In this document: positions 62,790 through 64,000 of the stretch, in pieces
How the letters are laid out: each line of letters opens with the position of its first letter
How positions within the stretch are numbered: the stretch's first letter is position 1
The notes under the pieces: generated by a model
Seen by the model: only the letters and a program-made list of their open reading frames with translations
What the model was told of the DNA's origin: nothing
Databases searched by the model: none
Position numbers and translations under genes: made by a program
Assembly: GCA_963924565.1 (NCBI GenBank)
Contig: OZ004608.1
Coordinates: 37,324,001 to 37,388,000 of the forward strand
Direction: 5' to 3'
DNA length: 64,000 nucleotides
From: Ascidiella aspersa
Taxonomy: Eukaryota

Positions 62790-63550
62790 CTACAGAGATG
62801 TGAAATAGTAGTGATTATGTGGGGGTCATCTGCTGCCTGTCACGAGCCTAAAGAGATGTGAAATAGTAGTGATTAAATTGGGGTCATCTGCTGCCTGTCA
62901 CGAGCCTAAAGAGATGTGAAATAGTAGTGATTAAATGGGGGTCATCTGCTGCCTGTCACGAGCCTAAAGAGATGTGAAATAGTAGTGATTAAATGGGGAT
63001 CATCTGTTGCCTGCCACGAGCCTAAAGAGATGTGAAAAGTAGTGATTAAATGGGGGTCATCTGCTGCCTGTCACGAGCCTAAAGAGATGTGAAATAGTAG
63101 TGATTAAATGGGGGTCATCTGTTGTCTGTCACGAGCCTACAGAGATGTGTAATAGTAGTGATTAAATGGGGGTCATCTGTTGTCTGTCACGAGCCTACAG
63201 AGATGAGAAATTGTAGTGTTTAAATGGGGGCCATCTGTTGTCTGTCACGAGCCTACAGAGATGTGAAATAGTAGTGATTAAATGGGGGTCATCTGTTGTC
63301 TGTCACGAGCCTACAGAGATGTGAAATAGTAGTGATTAAATGGGGGTCATCTGTTGTCTGTCACGAGCCTACAGAGATGTGAAATAGTAGTGATTAAATG
63401 GGGGTCATCTGTTGTCTGTCACGAGCCTACAGAGATGTGAAATAGTAGTGATTAAATGGGGGTCATCTGTTGTCTGTCACGAGCCTACGGGGATGTCAAA
63501 TTGTATCGATTAAATGGGGTCATCTGCTGTCTGTGACGAGCCTAGAGGGA
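62763..63550 (-). repeat. 58-bp minisatellite x14 (degenerate copies continue to about 63850) spanning a TRPA1 splice acceptor
   Basis: TCATCTG repeats at 62768, 62826, 62884, 62942, 63000, 63057, 63115, 63173, 63231, 63289, 63347, 63405, 63463, 63520. Confidence 0.95.
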
Positions 63551-64000
63551 TGTAAAACAATGTTGATTAGTTGGAAAATTGTTACAGGCCTACTGAGGTG
63601 TCAAATAATAGTGATTAGGAGTAGGGTATGTGACGGGTCTGCCAGGAAGCGAAATAGTAGCGATTAAAGCCACGCCTCACCGAGCTGTCAAATAGTAGCG
63701 ATTGAATGAAAGATTTGCCACAAATTCACTTGTGGATGCCAAAAAAATAGCGATTAGGTGGATGAATTGTCACACACGGGTGTTTATTAGTTGCGCTCAA
63801 GGGTAGGAATTGTCGCGGGCCACAAAGATGTACAATGGCGGTAATAAGGTGTAGTTTTCTATATTTTGCCGTCTTTAAAGTGTAATTTGTCAGGTCATGC
63901 GTAGTTCTGGAAATCGACTAAGTTTAATAATATTGTGGCTGTCGTAAGTTATATTACCTCAAAAAATGGACCGATAATAGTCCGCCTGTAGAGCCGAGAG

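Noticed and set aside
62763-63550. CRISPR-like appearance of regular repeats (also 29860-30470, 45001-45620, 9564-9723)
   Set aside because: Units are contiguous with no unique spacers, there are no cas genes, and the context is eukaryotic.

Overview
Eukaryotic (animal) genomic DNA, AT-rich with short GT-AG introns and many small DNA-transposon relics. It is consistent with an invertebrate chordate such as an ascidian, but the host cannot be determined from the sequence alone. No prokaryotic operons or CRISPR arrays are present. Layout: (1) 0-25.5 kb, a tandem array of BTB-BACK-Kelch genes (one complete 12-exon copy, one cut off by the window start, one with a single nonsense codon, several broken copies and spare first exons); (2) 27.7-30.9 kb, a 3-exon secreted protein with two WxxW/CysD domains; (3) 32.7-33.8 kb, an intronless serine racemase/threonine dehydratase-family ORF with unusual active-site residues; (4) about 42.2 kb, a frameshifted pyruvate kinase fragment; (5) 44.8-62.8 kb, 21 exons (about 1013 aa, 5' end outside the window) of a TRPA1-like channel on the minus strand. 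The most striking observation is that repeats here keep starting exactly at exon/intron junctions and multiply real splice sites. One TRPA1 acceptor is copied 14 times, the terminal-exon acceptor about 16 times, a WxxW-gene donor 4 times, and two more TRPA1 junctions are duplicated once. Most extra sites would give premature stops or alternative C-termini. The second notable signal is that differences between Kelch paralogs cluster in predicted substrate-binding loops. All exon coordinates were derived by hand from reading frame and splice consensus.
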